From Spirochaetia bacterium (GTDB lineage: Bacteria; Spirochaetota; Spirochaetia; SP-2023): DNA of 64,000 bases. The stretch spans positions 192,001-256,000 of the forward strand of contig CBDDCK010000001.1 of the NCBI GenBank assembly GCA_965225855.1, in the 5' to 3' direction. Of the stretch, positions 31,262 to 41,215 are shown in pieces. How positions within the stretch are numbered: the stretch's first letter is position 1; every line of letters begins with the position of its first letter. The translations under genes and the position numbers were made by a program. The notes under the pieces are model-generated. The model was not told the origin of the DNA and searched no databases. It saw nothing but the letters and a program-made list of their open reading frames with translations.

Positions 31262-32716
31262 TTAACGTTTAAGGGTCAACAATTCTTGAAGCAGCTGATC
31301 AGAAGTTTGAATCGTACGGCTATTAGCCTGAAAACCTCGTTGAGTCGTAATCATATCTACAAATTCCTGGGCCAAATCCACATTACTCATTTCAAGGGTA
31401 CCCGAAGAAATACCTCCTTTACCTGCTGTTAAAGCCTCTCCAACCCTAGCTTCACCTGAATTGACTGTTTGCATAAAATTATTATTGCCTACTTTTTCCA
31501 AACCGCCAGGATTGGTAAAAGTAGCCATTGCAACTTGTGCTAGAGTTTTACGGATACCATTATCGTAAATACCCGTGACCACACCCCGATTGTCAATTTC
31601 ATACTGTGTTAGGTAGCCCAATTTATAACCATTTTGACGAACCGCCTTGGAAGACCCAGCTGCACTATCTTGAGTAAGAGAATCATTAAAATCACCTACA
31701 TCTCCAGCATCAATCTGCATTACCTGGCGCTGCGGTGCACCCGCTGCATCGAGATTAGAATCTTGCACATCGTATGCCAATTGCAAACTTAAATTGAAAC
31801 CCGTAACAGGCGCCCCATTGGCATCAACCGCACCCTCAACAATATTTCCCGCCGGATCGGTAATTTGCTGAATACCACCACTATTATCAAATTGAACAGT
31901 AAAAGTATTTCCAGCCCCTGCAGCAGGAGGCGCAACACCAATACCAATAGCAGTATTGCCACCATCGGTAACAATACCTTGAGCATCAGTCGTTGGATCG
32001 ATATAAGATGTAACCGTCCAATTGTTTGGAATTGAATTTCCAGCACCATCGAGAGAACGCGTAAAATCCATTCGCAAAGAATGCTCGGAGCCAAAACCAT
32101 CATAAATTGTTTTCGATACCGACCAAGTTCCTTGGGCTACTTGATCTGCTGTCGCATTCGGCGGAATAATCGGCAAATTTTTATCTAAATTACAAGCTAA
32201 ATCAACTTTACCCGTTGCTTGTGGTTTCAGCTTACCATATAAAGGTATAGAAATGGATTCTGGGGTAGCAGAATTGTTGATCTCCTCCACATCGTCAGCA
32301 GTCCAACCCAGAACTCGCATACCCGAAGCAGGATTGACCAAAACCCCATCGGTATCCACACTAAAGGCACCATCACGACTATACATCAACTGGTCACCTT
32401 GTTGCAACATAAAAAAACCGTTGCCTTTAATGGCTAAGTCAGAAGAAAGCCCTGTACCTTCAAGGCTTCCTTGAGTATGGATTGTATCAATCGTGGCCAC
32501 ACTCATACCAATACCAATTTGTTTGGGATTGATACCACCAATATTTTCATTAGGACGAGAGGCCCCCCCTTGAGTCTGGTAGATAATATCTTGAAAATTC
32601 ACCCGATTTCTTTTAAAGCCATGAGTATTGACATTAGCGATATTGTTACCGATCACATCCATTCGTTTTTGGTAATTTTGTAGGCCAGAAACACCTGAGA
32701 ATAAAGAACGCATCAT
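31262..32716 (-). CDS. flgE: Flagellar hook protein FlgE
   Basis: MMRSLFSGVSGL, GNNIANVNT, ACNLDK, LEMSNVDLAQEF...QRGFQANS; GGAGGT RBS. Confidence 0.96.
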   Translation of the reverse strand: MMRSLFSGVSGLQNYQKRMDVIGNNIANVNTHGFKRNRVNFQDIIYQTQGGASRPNENIGGINPKQIGIGMSVATIDTIHTQGSLEGTGLSSDLAIKGNGFFMLQQGDQLMYSRDGAFSVDTDGVLVNPASGMRVLGWTADDVEEINNSATPESISIPLYGKLKPQATGKVDLACNLDKNLPIIPPNATADQVAQGTWSVSKTIYDGFGSEHSLRMDFTRSLDGAGNSIPNNWTVTSYIDPTTDAQGIVTDGGNTAIGIGVAPPAAGAGNTFTVQFDNSGGIQQITDPAGNIVEGAVDANGAPVTGFNLSLQLAYDVQDSNLDAAGAPQRQVMQIDAGDVGDFNDSLTQDSAAGSSKAVRQNGYKLGYLTQYEIDNRGVVTGIYDNGIRKTLAQVAMATFTNPGGLEKVGNNNFMQTVNSGEARVGEALTAGKGGISSGTLEMSNVDLAQEFVDMITTQRGFQANSRTIQTSDQLLQELLTLKR

Positions 32717-32921
32717 ACTGCAAGTAACCTCCTGTAACAACTTCTGTTACTTTGTTATTTCAATTTACCCATCTATATAGCAATTATTCAAAACTATTAA
32801 GGCTAGTTTCGGCAATGGGGCTATTAGCTTTAACCTTTTAAAATAAACTAAAAAATAATTGAAAAAATACCAATTTGCTAAATGTTATCCTAAATATGGA
32901 GATATTGATTATTATCTAAGC

Positions 32922-34049
32922 TTAAAGGTCTCGAAACTGCGCAAAATATCGAACCAGCATCTTAGCGCGATTCTCTTCAAAAGGAATTTCACGCCAAAAA
33001 AATCTTCGCAATTCAGAATTTAAACGTATCTGCCCATGTGATTCATCGAGAATCCATTGACAATATGCATCAACAAAAGCTTGCTGTTCATTCTCTCCCG
33101 GCAAACGATGCTTACGATACAAATCGTAAAAGCCACCTGTAAGACCTTTTTCTAGCCAATAATTTCCTGCTGACAATTTTGCAGTCTCCCAACGATAGTT
33201 TGCTAACGCTATCAAAACAGAACGATGTGTATTAACCGAATATAAAGGAATCACAACACGCCCACGACTCGTTGTACGTTCCAATCGATCATAAGCTTTC
33301 CAGCAAGTACCAAAATTAGAATAAGAAGGCACTAAAACAACATAAGGTTCCAATCTAATTGTTTCTTTTAATAATTTCCGCACAAATACTTGTGGGTCTA
33401 TATTTTTTACCAAGTTGATAATTTTCTGCACAGCTTCCCGAGACGAAATCTGCTGGCTTATTTTTCTACTCAAATCATCTTTGTGCAAAAACGGAGTGGC
33501 CATGCATTTTGAAGCCGAGCATAACTTTGCCATAATTTCTTTAAGAGATGTGGCTTCATTTATTAATTTCAGATTGCTATTATAACCCGTTTTTTTCGCT
33601 GTTGATTTGATTTGAGTATCTTTTTCTGAGATAATATTAATATTACCATTAGCAACATTATGAAACCATTCATCAATATAATAAATCAAACTGGGACGTT
33701 CTGTATGCAAAGCCACTTTGGCTAAAGTTTCACAATCTTCTACAGAAATAGAAGATATATTAAATAAACCGTAACGCATAAACAAACGAAGGTTATTCAG
33801 CTCGGCTTCACGAATATAGGGAAGCAGAATTTTCAAAACATTCTGCCAATAAACATTGAACAACGTAAAACTTTGCTTCCGTCGCTCACTTTTGCGATGT
33901 AAGGGTATCTGCTGATATTTTTCCAAACTTGTTTTTAAAATTTGGAGTTTTCCCAACATCTTTTGAATATCATTATCATATTCTTCATTGAATAAACCAT
34001 GTGCCTCTGCACTAAATAATTTATTTTCTAAAACTGTATGCAAAGCCAT
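32922..34049 (-). CDS. Hypothetical protein
   Basis: 375-aa ORF with W-rich conserved-looking C-terminal block (RWE.AK..AG.YW.E.GLTG). Confidence 0.7.
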   Translation of the reverse strand: MALHTVLENKLFSAEAHGLFNEEYDNDIQKMLGKLQILKTSLEKYQQIPLHRKSERRKQSFTLFNVYWQNVLKILLPYIREAELNNLRLFMRYGLFNISSISVEDCETLAKVALHTERPSLIYYIDEWFHNVANGNINIISEKDTQIKSTAKKTGYNSNLKLINEATSLKEIMAKLCSASKCMATPFLHKDDLSRKISQQISSREAVQKIINLVKNIDPQVFVRKLLKETIRLEPYVVLVPSYSNFGTCWKAYDRLERTTSRGRVVIPLYSVNTHRSVLIALANYRWETAKLSAGNYWLEKGLTGGFYDLYRKHRLPGENEQQAFVDAYCQWILDESHGQIRLNSELRRFFWREIPFEENRAKMLVRYFAQFRDL

Positions 34050-34729
34050 AAAAAAATCATCATTTATTGTCTAAAAATAACTGAGGAAAACTAAAACAAA
34101 GTAAAAATATGCAGGCGATGGTAAATGCATAATTTCTAATTGTCTAGGTCTAATACTCTGAAAAAATAAATCAATGCTTAAAAAACAAACCAACCAATGT
34201 AGCAATGGGAATTTTCGGCAAGGAGTATGAATAACAATAATGCAAAGCCCCAAAAGGCAAAAATGATCAATGGCGAAGAATCTTTCTGTGCTAGAGGTTT
34301 AGCAACAAAACTTTGTAACAAAAATTCTGTTGCGATATTCCAGATGCGGACAAAAGAATACTTAGAACTATGAGAAAATCTGAAGGCATGTTTTACCTCT
34401 ATACTATATTTTTGCCAATCTGCCCAAAATAATGCTCAATGCTAAATTGGCTTTAGCTAAATTATGGTGAAATTAGAAATTGTACGTAATAACTTTTTAT
34501 ATCGTCCAGTATTTTGATGGGCTTTTTTATAAACTTATAATCAAATTTTCCCAAAATTTTCCCAAGTTTAATGTTTCAAATTTAATCTTTATTGGCCAAT
34601 CAATTTGCAGTATCAAAATACAATTTTAGCATTGACAATAATCATCATTATTGTATCTTTGCAGCTTGCAGTTTGAGCCTTTCCTTTATTTATGTAAGGT
34701 AAGATAGCGATCGCTACAGGAGAATGATA

Positions 34730-34960
34730 ATGGCAAGAGTTTGTGATATTTGTAATAAAGGAACTACTTTTGGTAATTCGGTCCCTCGGAAGGGCCTGCC
34801 TAAAAAAGAAGGTGGGGCAGGTCAGCATGTTGTCAAGCGTGTTCCTCGGAATTTTAAGCCCAATTTGTTAAAAATTAAAGGCATATATAAAGGAAAGATA
34901 CAGCGTATGAAGATTTGCACCCGTTGTTTAAAAGCTGGTTTGGTTGAAAAAGTTATTTAA
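34730..34960 (+). CDS. rpmB: 50S ribosomal protein L28 (Zn-ribbon form)
   Basis: MARVCDIC.K...FGN, RNFKPNL, ICTRCLK. Confidence 0.92.
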   Translation: MARVCDICNKGTTFGNSVPRKGLPKKEGGAGQHVVKRVPRNFKPNLLKIKGIYKGKIQRMKICTRCLKAGLVEKVI

Positions 34961-35250
34961 CATTATTTAACAAAGGGGAGGCCAACCAAAAAGGATTTTG
35001 ACGCAGAATTTTTAACGCAGAATTTTTAACAATATGGGATATAAATTGTTGCGTCTTTTTTGGTTTTATCTAATTTCTATAGAAATTAGAATTATTGAGT
35101 CTTGCCCAACACCTTTTTATATCGTCTCCATAGCAGATAAATAATTAAAAAGCAACAATAGCCCCACCCCCAACCAACACCCCAAAGCAACAAACCCGAT
35201 CAACATTGTATTGCCAAAATTGTTTGCTTGAAGAGCCCCGACTAAATAGT

Positions 35251-35295
35251 TGATCCGGGACATGATAACTGAACGGGATAAGACGCGATAACTCG
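35251..35295 (+). repeat. Left terminal inverted repeat
   Basis: TGATCCGGGACATGATAACTGAACGGGATAAGACGCGATAACTCG versus reverse complement of right end TGATGCAGGACGTGATAACTTTGTGCCATCGGACATGATAACTCG. Confidence 0.75.
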
Positions 35296-35410
35296 GGATT
35301 TTTTTGGGGACAAATGGAAGGTAAAAATTGACTTACTTTCCAATGAGTCATTGTCGGCAGTAATTGGGCAACAATATGCTTTCAAAATATCATGGTAACG
35401 GGCCACGGTC

Positions 35411-35457
35411 TCAAAAAGCTAGTAAGGTTTTGACTGAAAACCTTACTAGCTTTTTGA
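35411..35457. terminator. Perfect 21-bp-stem hairpin, probable bidirectional intrinsic terminator
   Basis: tcaaaaagctagtaaggtttt-gactg-aaaaccttactagctttttga. Confidence 0.75.
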
Positions 35458-35496
35458 TTGGCAACCTAGGGATTTTCCAACAAACCCAAACCAACC

Positions 35497-36211
35497 AGCC
35501 CAAAGCAACAAACCGAAATAGCCATACAAACGCAATTGGGCAATTGGTTTGCCGATGAGAATCTACAAGTCATCGCCTGTCTTGCTACAATATAGCTTTC
35601 CACATTGGTATAAAGTATTGTTCCGCATTGGAGTAATGCCTTACTCCGCATTGGTGCAATATAACTTTCCCACTTCGATCAAGGCCTTGATCCGCATTGG
35701 AGTAAGGTATTGATCGAAGGCGGAGAGATGTATCATAGCAAGGCACTAAAAACCATAAAAATAAGCAGGCCATAGACTTGCTAAAACCCAACAACATCGT
35801 AGAAAGCCAAAACTGGGACGACCTCAAATAGGGCCAGTATGCCGATGCTTTGACCTTAGCCCACAGCGTCAATGCTGGCATTTTAGACGACTTGCACAAT
35901 ATCTGGCTATATATTGCGGGCCGATGACCCCAACTGCGATATATTGATACCGCCCAATGGTTGGCATGGTTGGGTTGGCACGGTTGGCATGGTTGGCGTT
36001 GTGCTTGCTATCGCATAGCCTTAAGCCTTTTGATTGGCATGGATTTTGAACCACCTTACAACACTAACACACAAAAAAAGTGCCCAAACATAAAAAAACT
36101 TACAAAAAGCTTGTATAGGCCTTGACGCAACACCCCCCCTAGCAAAATGGGGATTTACAGACTAGCCCGTATGGGTTGGTTAATCTTTATCCATTGTTGG
36201 AGGTATTGCTT
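35497..36211 (+). repeat. Conserved leader, copy 2
   Basis: Near-identical to leaders 1 and 3. Confidence 0.95.
35766..36017 (+). pseudogene. Mu gpF-like head morphogenesis gene remnant, copy 2
   Basis: QAIDLLKPNNIVESQNWDDLK*GQYADALTLAHSVNAGILDDLHNI, then (shifted frame) ILRADDPNCDILIPPNGW. Confidence 0.65.
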
Positions 36212-38617
36212 ATGTATAAGCTCAAACTACTTTTATTGCCAGTAGCCTGGCTACTGGCCTTTATGGCCTTGGCCTGCGCCCCACCCGATGACGATGATCG
36301 ATCTTCTGGGCCGTCTAAGCCGACTATCAATAACGCCATCTACGACTTTGCTACGGCGCTGTTAACCGTACAAGGTACTGACTTAAGTCCTACAGAAGCC
36401 CAAATCCAAACCATCGTAGTAGATGGCGTAGCCTTAAGTTCCTATACTGCAGATGCCAAACCCACTGGGCCAGATAATAGCAATCTGGCAAAAGGTAAGT
36501 ACCGTATGAAAAGCGATGGCACAGCGATTTGGCTTAGACTTACCGATCCACATAAAGCTGCTCTTCAGACCAAGGTGGGTATGAATACCAATGGTCTAAA
36601 AAAAGGGTTGCTTACTAGCTCTGGTGCTTGGGCGGGTTTAAATACAGCCAAAGACTTAACCGTTAGGAATGTACCCGATAAGCAGTCTAAAGTATCCGAT
36701 GACAATCAGCCATCTAAGCAAACTGAAGACGAACAAGCTGAACAAGTCGAACAAGCTGAAGAGCAGTCGCCTGAAGCTGCAATTACCCGTGCAAGCTACC
36801 ATGTTGGCACGGCGCTGCTAACTGTACAAGGTTCTAACTTAAGTCCTACAACTGCGACCCAAGCCCAAATCCAAACCATCAAAGTATATGACCTAGTCTT
36901 AAATTCTTATACTGCAGATGGCACAGCCACTGGGGCAGATAGTAGCAGTCTTGCAAAAGGTAAGTACCGTATTAAAAGCGATGGCACAGCGCTTTGGCTT
37001 TACCTTACCGATCAACATAAAACTACTCTGAATGGCAAGGACGGTATGGATAGCAATGGTCTAAAAGATGGGTTGCTTACTAGCACTGGTAGTTGGGCGG
37101 GTTTAGATACAGCCAAAGCCTTAACCGTTAGTGGAAACCCCGCAATTACCGGTGCAAGCTACCATGTTGGCACGGCGCTGTTAACCTTGCAAGGTACTCT
37201 CTTAGCTAGTGCTACCCAAGCCCAAATCCAAACCATCACGGTAGATGGGGTAGCTTTAGATTCCTATACTGCCACAGCCACTGGGCCAGATAGTCGCGGT
37301 CTTGCAAAAGGTAAGTACCGTATTAAAAGCGATGGCACAGCGCTTTGGCTTTACCTTACCGATCGACATAAAACTACTCTGAATGGCAAGACAGGTATGG
37401 ATAGCAATGGTCTAAAAGATGGGTTGCTTAGCGTTGGCACTGGTACTTGGGCGGGTTTAAATACAGCCAAAGCCTTGGCCGTTAGTGGAAACCCCGAAGC
37501 TGCAATTACCGGTGCAAGCTACGATGTTGGCACAGCTCTGCTAACCGTACGAGGTTCTAACTTAAATGCTACCAGTGCGACCCAAGCGCAAATCCAAACC
37601 ATCGTGGTAGATGGCTTAGCCTTAAGTTCCTATATTGCAGATGAGGATGCCACTGGGCCAGATAGTCGCGGTCTTGCAAAAGGTAAGTACCGCCTGCATA
37701 GCGCTGGCACAGCGCTTTGGCTTTACCTTACCGATCAACATAAAGCTACTCTGAATGGCAAGACAGGTATGGATAGCAATGGTCTAAAAGATGGGTTGCT
37801 TAGCGTTGGCACTGGTACTTGGGCGGGTTTAAATACAGCCAAAGCCTTGGCCGTTAGTGGAAACCCCGCACCCGCAATTACCAGTGCAACCTACAATTTT
37901 ACTACAGGCGTGTTAGTGATTACAGGTGTCAATTTACCGTCAAGAGTGGATCGCTGGGACTTTAGCAAATTGAGGTTTGTCGCAGGTAATGGTCGTACTA
38001 AGAGTCAACCATTATTAGAGCACAACCCAACAGCTTATGATATAAACAGAGCCACAGGTTCTGCAGCAAGTGCAACAAGCTTAACGATTACTTTAAAGGG
38101 TACTGAACAAAGGAAAGCCGATAATATACTGGTTAAGAATGGTAAAAGAGATGCTGATGGTGCATACAACCTGGAAGCAGCAGCAGGATTTGCAGGTGGT
38201 AGGGCTGAAGACACAAGCAATAACCCGATTACCGTTAGTGGGTATGTAGTCAAAATCAACACCGTACGCTACTATGCTGATGATGGCGAGTTAAATATTT
38301 CTGGTATTAATTTACCGACAACAGTTGCAGAGTGGGACTTTAGCAAATTGACGCTTGTATCCGGTGATGGTAAGAAGAAATACACATTACCCCGGCACGC
38401 AATAGGTGAAAACACAGCCACAGGTTCTGGTGCAACTAGAAACATCTTACAGATTACTTTAAGCGGTAGTGTAAAAGCGGAAGCCAATAAGATACTGGTT
38501 AAGAATGGTGTTCGTGATGCTAATGGTGCATACAACCTTGAAGCAGCAGCAGGATTTGTAATTGGTGGTTCAGCAGACCCAACCACTGCTATTAAAGTTT
38601 TTGGTGTTGGTAAGTAA
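36212..38617 (+). CDS. Modular surface lipoprotein, paralog 2 (signal-A-short linker-A-A-A-B-B)
   Basis: Same signal peptide and lipobox as paralog 1; four LAKGKYR...GTA(L/I)WL modules and two WDFSKL modules. Confidence 0.9.
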   Translation: MYKLKLLLLPVAWLLAFMALACAPPDDDDRSSGPSKPTINNAIYDFATALLTVQGTDLSPTEAQIQTIVVDGVALSSYTADAKPTGPDNSNLAKGKYRMKSDGTAIWLRLTDPHKAALQTKVGMNTNGLKKGLLTSSGAWAGLNTAKDLTVRNVPDKQSKVSDDNQPSKQTEDEQAEQVEQAEEQSPEAAITRASYHVGTALLTVQGSNLSPTTATQAQIQTIKVYDLVLNSYTADGTATGADSSSLAKGKYRIKSDGTALWLYLTDQHKTTLNGKDGMDSNGLKDGLLTSTGSWAGLDTAKALTVSGNPAITGASYHVGTALLTLQGTLLASATQAQIQTITVDGVALDSYTATATGPDSRGLAKGKYRIKSDGTALWLYLTDRHKTTLNGKTGMDSNGLKDGLLSVGTGTWAGLNTAKALAVSGNPEAAITGASYDVGTALLTVRGSNLNATSATQAQIQTIVVDGLALSSYIADEDATGPDSRGLAKGKYRLHSAGTALWLYLTDQHKATLNGKTGMDSNGLKDGLLSVGTGTWAGLNTAKALAVSGNPAPAITSATYNFTTGVLVITGVNLPSRVDRWDFSKLRFVAGNGRTKSQPLLEHNPTAYDINRATGSAASATSLTITLKGTEQRKADNILVKNGKRDADGAYNLEAAAGFAGGRAEDTSNNPITVSGYVVKINTVRYYADDGELNISGINLPTTVAEWDFSKLTLVSGDGKKKYTLPRHAIGENTATGSGATRNILQITLSGSVKAEANKILVKNGVRDANGAYNLEAAAGFVIGGSADPTTAIKVFGVGK

Positions 38618-38704
38618 GTTTTGGTTGTTGCGGTAAGCAAGGCTTGGTTGGCTTTTTTGTTGGGCTATTAGGCTGTATCTTGTTGTTGCAACGCTTGGTT
38701 GGCC

Positions 38705-38744
38705 AAAAGCAGCCTTGGTAAGTTTTTTTATCAAGGCTGCTTTT
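38705..38744 (+). terminator. Intrinsic terminator after paralog 2
   Basis: aaaagcagccttggtaa...ttatcaaggctgctttt stem with U-tract; homologous at 51094-51129 and inverted near 46687-46717. Confidence 0.7.
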
Positions 38745-38754
38745 GCCAATTACA

Positions 38755-38851
38755 GCCTTGGTATAAAGTATTGTTCCGCATTGGTGCAATACATCTTTCC
38801 GCCTTGGATCAAGGCCTTGATCCAAGGCGGAAAGCTATATCATAGCAAGGC
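38755..38851. repeat. Downstream direct-repeat copy of the leader fold-back unit, containing a perfect 40-bp palindrome (38795-38834)
   Basis: ctttccgccttggatcaagg|ccttgatccaaggcggaaag; flanks match the leader unit (ttggtataaagtattgttccgcattggtgcaata ... tatcatagcaaggc). Confidence 0.85.
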
Positions 38852-38909
38852 TAGAAAAATTTATTAAGGCTGCTTTTGCCAATTATAGCCTTGGTAAGTA
38901 GAAAAAAAT

Positions 38910-38954
38910 CGAGTTATCATGTCCGATGGCACAAAGTTATCACGTCCTGCATCA
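38910..38954 (-). repeat. Right terminal inverted repeat, copy after paralog 2
   Basis: cgagttatcatgtccgatggcacaaagttatcacgtcctgcatca; homology with the 51164-51208 copy stops exactly at the terminal CA. Confidence 0.8.
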
Positions 38955-39226
38955 ACTTTTAACAGTCAGTGACTATCTATAGTCATAGATAGCTATAACC
39001 TTGATTAGATGTAGCTACTAACTTTAGTAATAGGTTCTGAATAGAGCTAGTCACAATTTATCATAATTTAATATGGCATACAGCCATACATAAACAACCA
39101 ACTTGCTTGCCGCCTAAGCGTATGCTATAAGAGCTAAAAATAGGCCTCAAAGCCAAAAAGCTTTTCAGCGAAACTGGGCCGTATGGATAGATGAATAATT
39201 AAATGCAATATAGGGGAACGAACATC

Positions 39227-39952
39227 CTACCAAGAAATAGCTTGCATGCCATGCTGTTGCAAGTAGGCATTACAGCGCGAAAACGGGCGCGAACCGAAAA
39301 AGCCCCTATGCGCAGAAAGGGGTGAAGGGTGGGTGCTAGCCAGCAGTAAATGCTGGCTTTTATCAATGCAAGCTGCCTTTTTTTGGGCATAAGAACCCCA
39401 CAGTAAAAACACCAAATGCCTCCCTCGTTGGGCCTGCATGTGTGCCAAGCGTAAGATCACTTGGTCGGTAAACTCTTCCCAGCCCTTGCCCGCATGAGAG
39501 GCGGCTTTGCCGTCTTCCACCGTTAGCACACTGTTGAGCAATAAAACCCCCTGCTGGGCCCACCGCCATAATTGGCCATCGGCTACGCCACTGGCCATAT
39601 TCTGCGCTGTTGGGCTGTCTGGTAAATCGCTAGCCAGCTCCTTGTATATATTGATTAGTGAAGGAGGAAGGGCCTTGCCTTGTGGGACCGCAAAGCATAA
39701 GCCACAGGCTTGGCCCTCGCCATGGTAAGGGTCTTGTCCTAGTATAATTACTTTGGTATCTTGGGGTGCAAAAGCCCCAAAAGCAGCCAATATATCGCAA
39801 CCTTTGGGGTAGATGATTTTGCCTTGTTGCTTTTGGCTGCGTAGGTATGCACTTAACTGCTGCATAGGTGCTTGGCTAAATAAATCACCCAGTAGCTCCA
39901 ACCAAGCGGGGCTTAGCTGAACGGGCCTCGGTTTATTCATGGTATGGCTCAT
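39227..39952 (-). CDS. ung: Uracil-DNA glycosylase family 1
   Basis: ILGQDPYHG, PPSL.NIYKEL, GVLLLNSVLTV, HPSPLS. Confidence 0.96.
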   Translation of the reverse strand: MSHTMNKPRPVQLSPAWLELLGDLFSQAPMQQLSAYLRSQKQQGKIIYPKGCDILAAFGAFAPQDTKVIILGQDPYHGEGQACGLCFAVPQGKALPPSLINIYKELASDLPDSPTAQNMASGVADGQLWRWAQQGVLLLNSVLTVEDGKAASHAGKGWEEFTDQVILRLAHMQAQRGRHLVFLLWGSYAQKKAACIDKSQHLLLASTHPSPLSAHRGFFGSRPFSRCNAYLQQHGMQAISW

Positions 39953-39958
39953 TGATAT

Positions 39959-41215
39959 TTAATTTTCCAATAGGGTAATTTCTACTCGGCGGTTGCGTTT
40001 ACGCCCTTGTTCATTGCTGTTGGAGGCAATGGGTTCGGTGCCCCCTTTGCCACGTATCACAATTTGTTCACGGTTGCGTATCTGGTTATCAATAAAGTAT
40101 TGCCCCACCGTTGCGGCCCTGTTTTCTGAAAGGGTCTGCTGTTGTTCTGCGCTGCCCCAATTGGCCGTATGGCCAGTAACTAAAATATCCCGATTGGGGT
40201 ATTTTTGCAGAATCTTACTAATCTGCTGTAGCTTGCGTTCTTCACCCGCTAACATGCGTTCACTATTGGGGTAAAAATTAATGGAATCAATCGAAATGGA
40301 TATGCCTTTATCATTTTGTTGCAGCTCTGCAGCAATGCCCGCATCGCGCAAACCCTGCTCTAATTCCTGTTGTATATCCCTGCGTTTCATAGGTTCGGCC
40401 TCGATAATTTTCCCACGGGAACGCCCGCTAAAGGCTATCTCATCACCGCTTTGCAATAGGTAGGATATTTGGAAATCTTCCTTTTGGAATACAGGCAAGC
40501 CTCGCTCACTATCCCAATAGAGATCGATATTGTGTTCTGCTCGAACCGCCCGTGGTATATCCTGCTGCCGCCTAGAATACGGCGAATTAGTAAATTGCGA
40601 TAGCTGCTGACTGACATCTTTATTGATAAGATAAAACAAGGTGATATGCTTGAGCTTGCGACCCTGCAAAAATTTTTGACCTCTGTAGATATAGTCTACA
40701 ATAAAGGCAAAATGCAATTCGGTTGGTATGCCAAAGACCAAGCTTAAATCCTGCACTTCACTGGCCGGTGCGCGCCAACCTTCACCTACGCGCAGCTCCC
40801 GATTGGGGAAGCTAGGCACATTGCGTAAACTAGGCAAAGTCATCCTTGGCCCTATATTTAAATACAGCCCTTGGGGGGACATTTCAAATTGGGAGCTGCG
40901 TTCTTCGGCGCGGCTAAAAAATGCCCCATTGCTTGCTTGTTCGGAAACTTGATAGTGGACATCCAAAAGGGCATTGGGACCCCTCATAGCCTTCACCGAC
41001 ACCGCAATGCGGTTGAGTATTGTGGTGCGGTAAATTACCTTGCGATTGCGCAAAACTTGTTCATCTACTTGGGCCACAATATGGTATTTTTGGCCCGAAT
41101 AGTGGTTGTATGCCAAACGGACAGAGCCTTGTTCTTGGGCCCATAAAGCTGAAGTTAAAGCCGTAAAGTAAAATATATAGTATCTAGCGGTAGTCAATAT
41201 TTTTTGGAAAGTCAT
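39959..41215 (-). CDS. OmpA-family peptidoglycan-binding periplasmic/outer-membrane protein
   Basis: Signal peptide; C-terminal VTGHTA..LSE.RA..V...NRRVEI OmpA-C domain. Confidence 0.85.
   Translation of the reverse strand: MTFQKILTTARYYIFYFTALTSALWAQEQGSVRLAYNHYSGQKYHIVAQVDEQVLRNRKVIYRTTILNRIAVSVKAMRGPNALLDVHYQVSEQASNGAFFSRAEERSSQFEMSPQGLYLNIGPRMTLPSLRNVPSFPNRELRVGEGWRAPASEVQDLSLVFGIPTELHFAFIVDYIYRGQKFLQGRKLKHITLFYLINKDVSQQLSQFTNSPYSRRQQDIPRAVRAEHNIDLYWDSERGLPVFQKEDFQISYLLQSGDEIAFSGRSRGKIIEAEPMKRRDIQQELEQGLRDAGIAAELQQNDKGISISIDSINFYPNSERMLAGEERKLQQISKILQKYPNRDILVTGHTANWGSAEQQQTLSENRAATVGQYFIDNQIRNREQIVIRGKGGTEPIASNSNEQGRKRNRRVEITLLEN

Larger units (their letters stand above)
35251..38954. 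mobile_element. Putative non-autonomous transposon or mini-Mu-like element carrying lipoprotein paralog 2
   Basis: Imperfect ~45-bp terminal inverted repeats starting TG and ending CA, each with two GGACRTGATAACT-type motifs 23 bp apart; no transposase; no exact target duplication. Confidence 0.6.

Noticed and set aside
34996..35030. Short 15-bp tandem repeat (acgcagaattttta) after rpmB
   Set aside because: Only about two copies; too short to support a function
38755..38851. Integron attC site
   Set aside because: No RYYYAAC...GTTRRRY core pair bracketing the palindrome and no integrase in the window
35246..38959. Target-site duplication around the putative element
   Set aside because: Flanks atagt (left) and acttt or tagaa (right ends) are not direct repeats, so none is claimed
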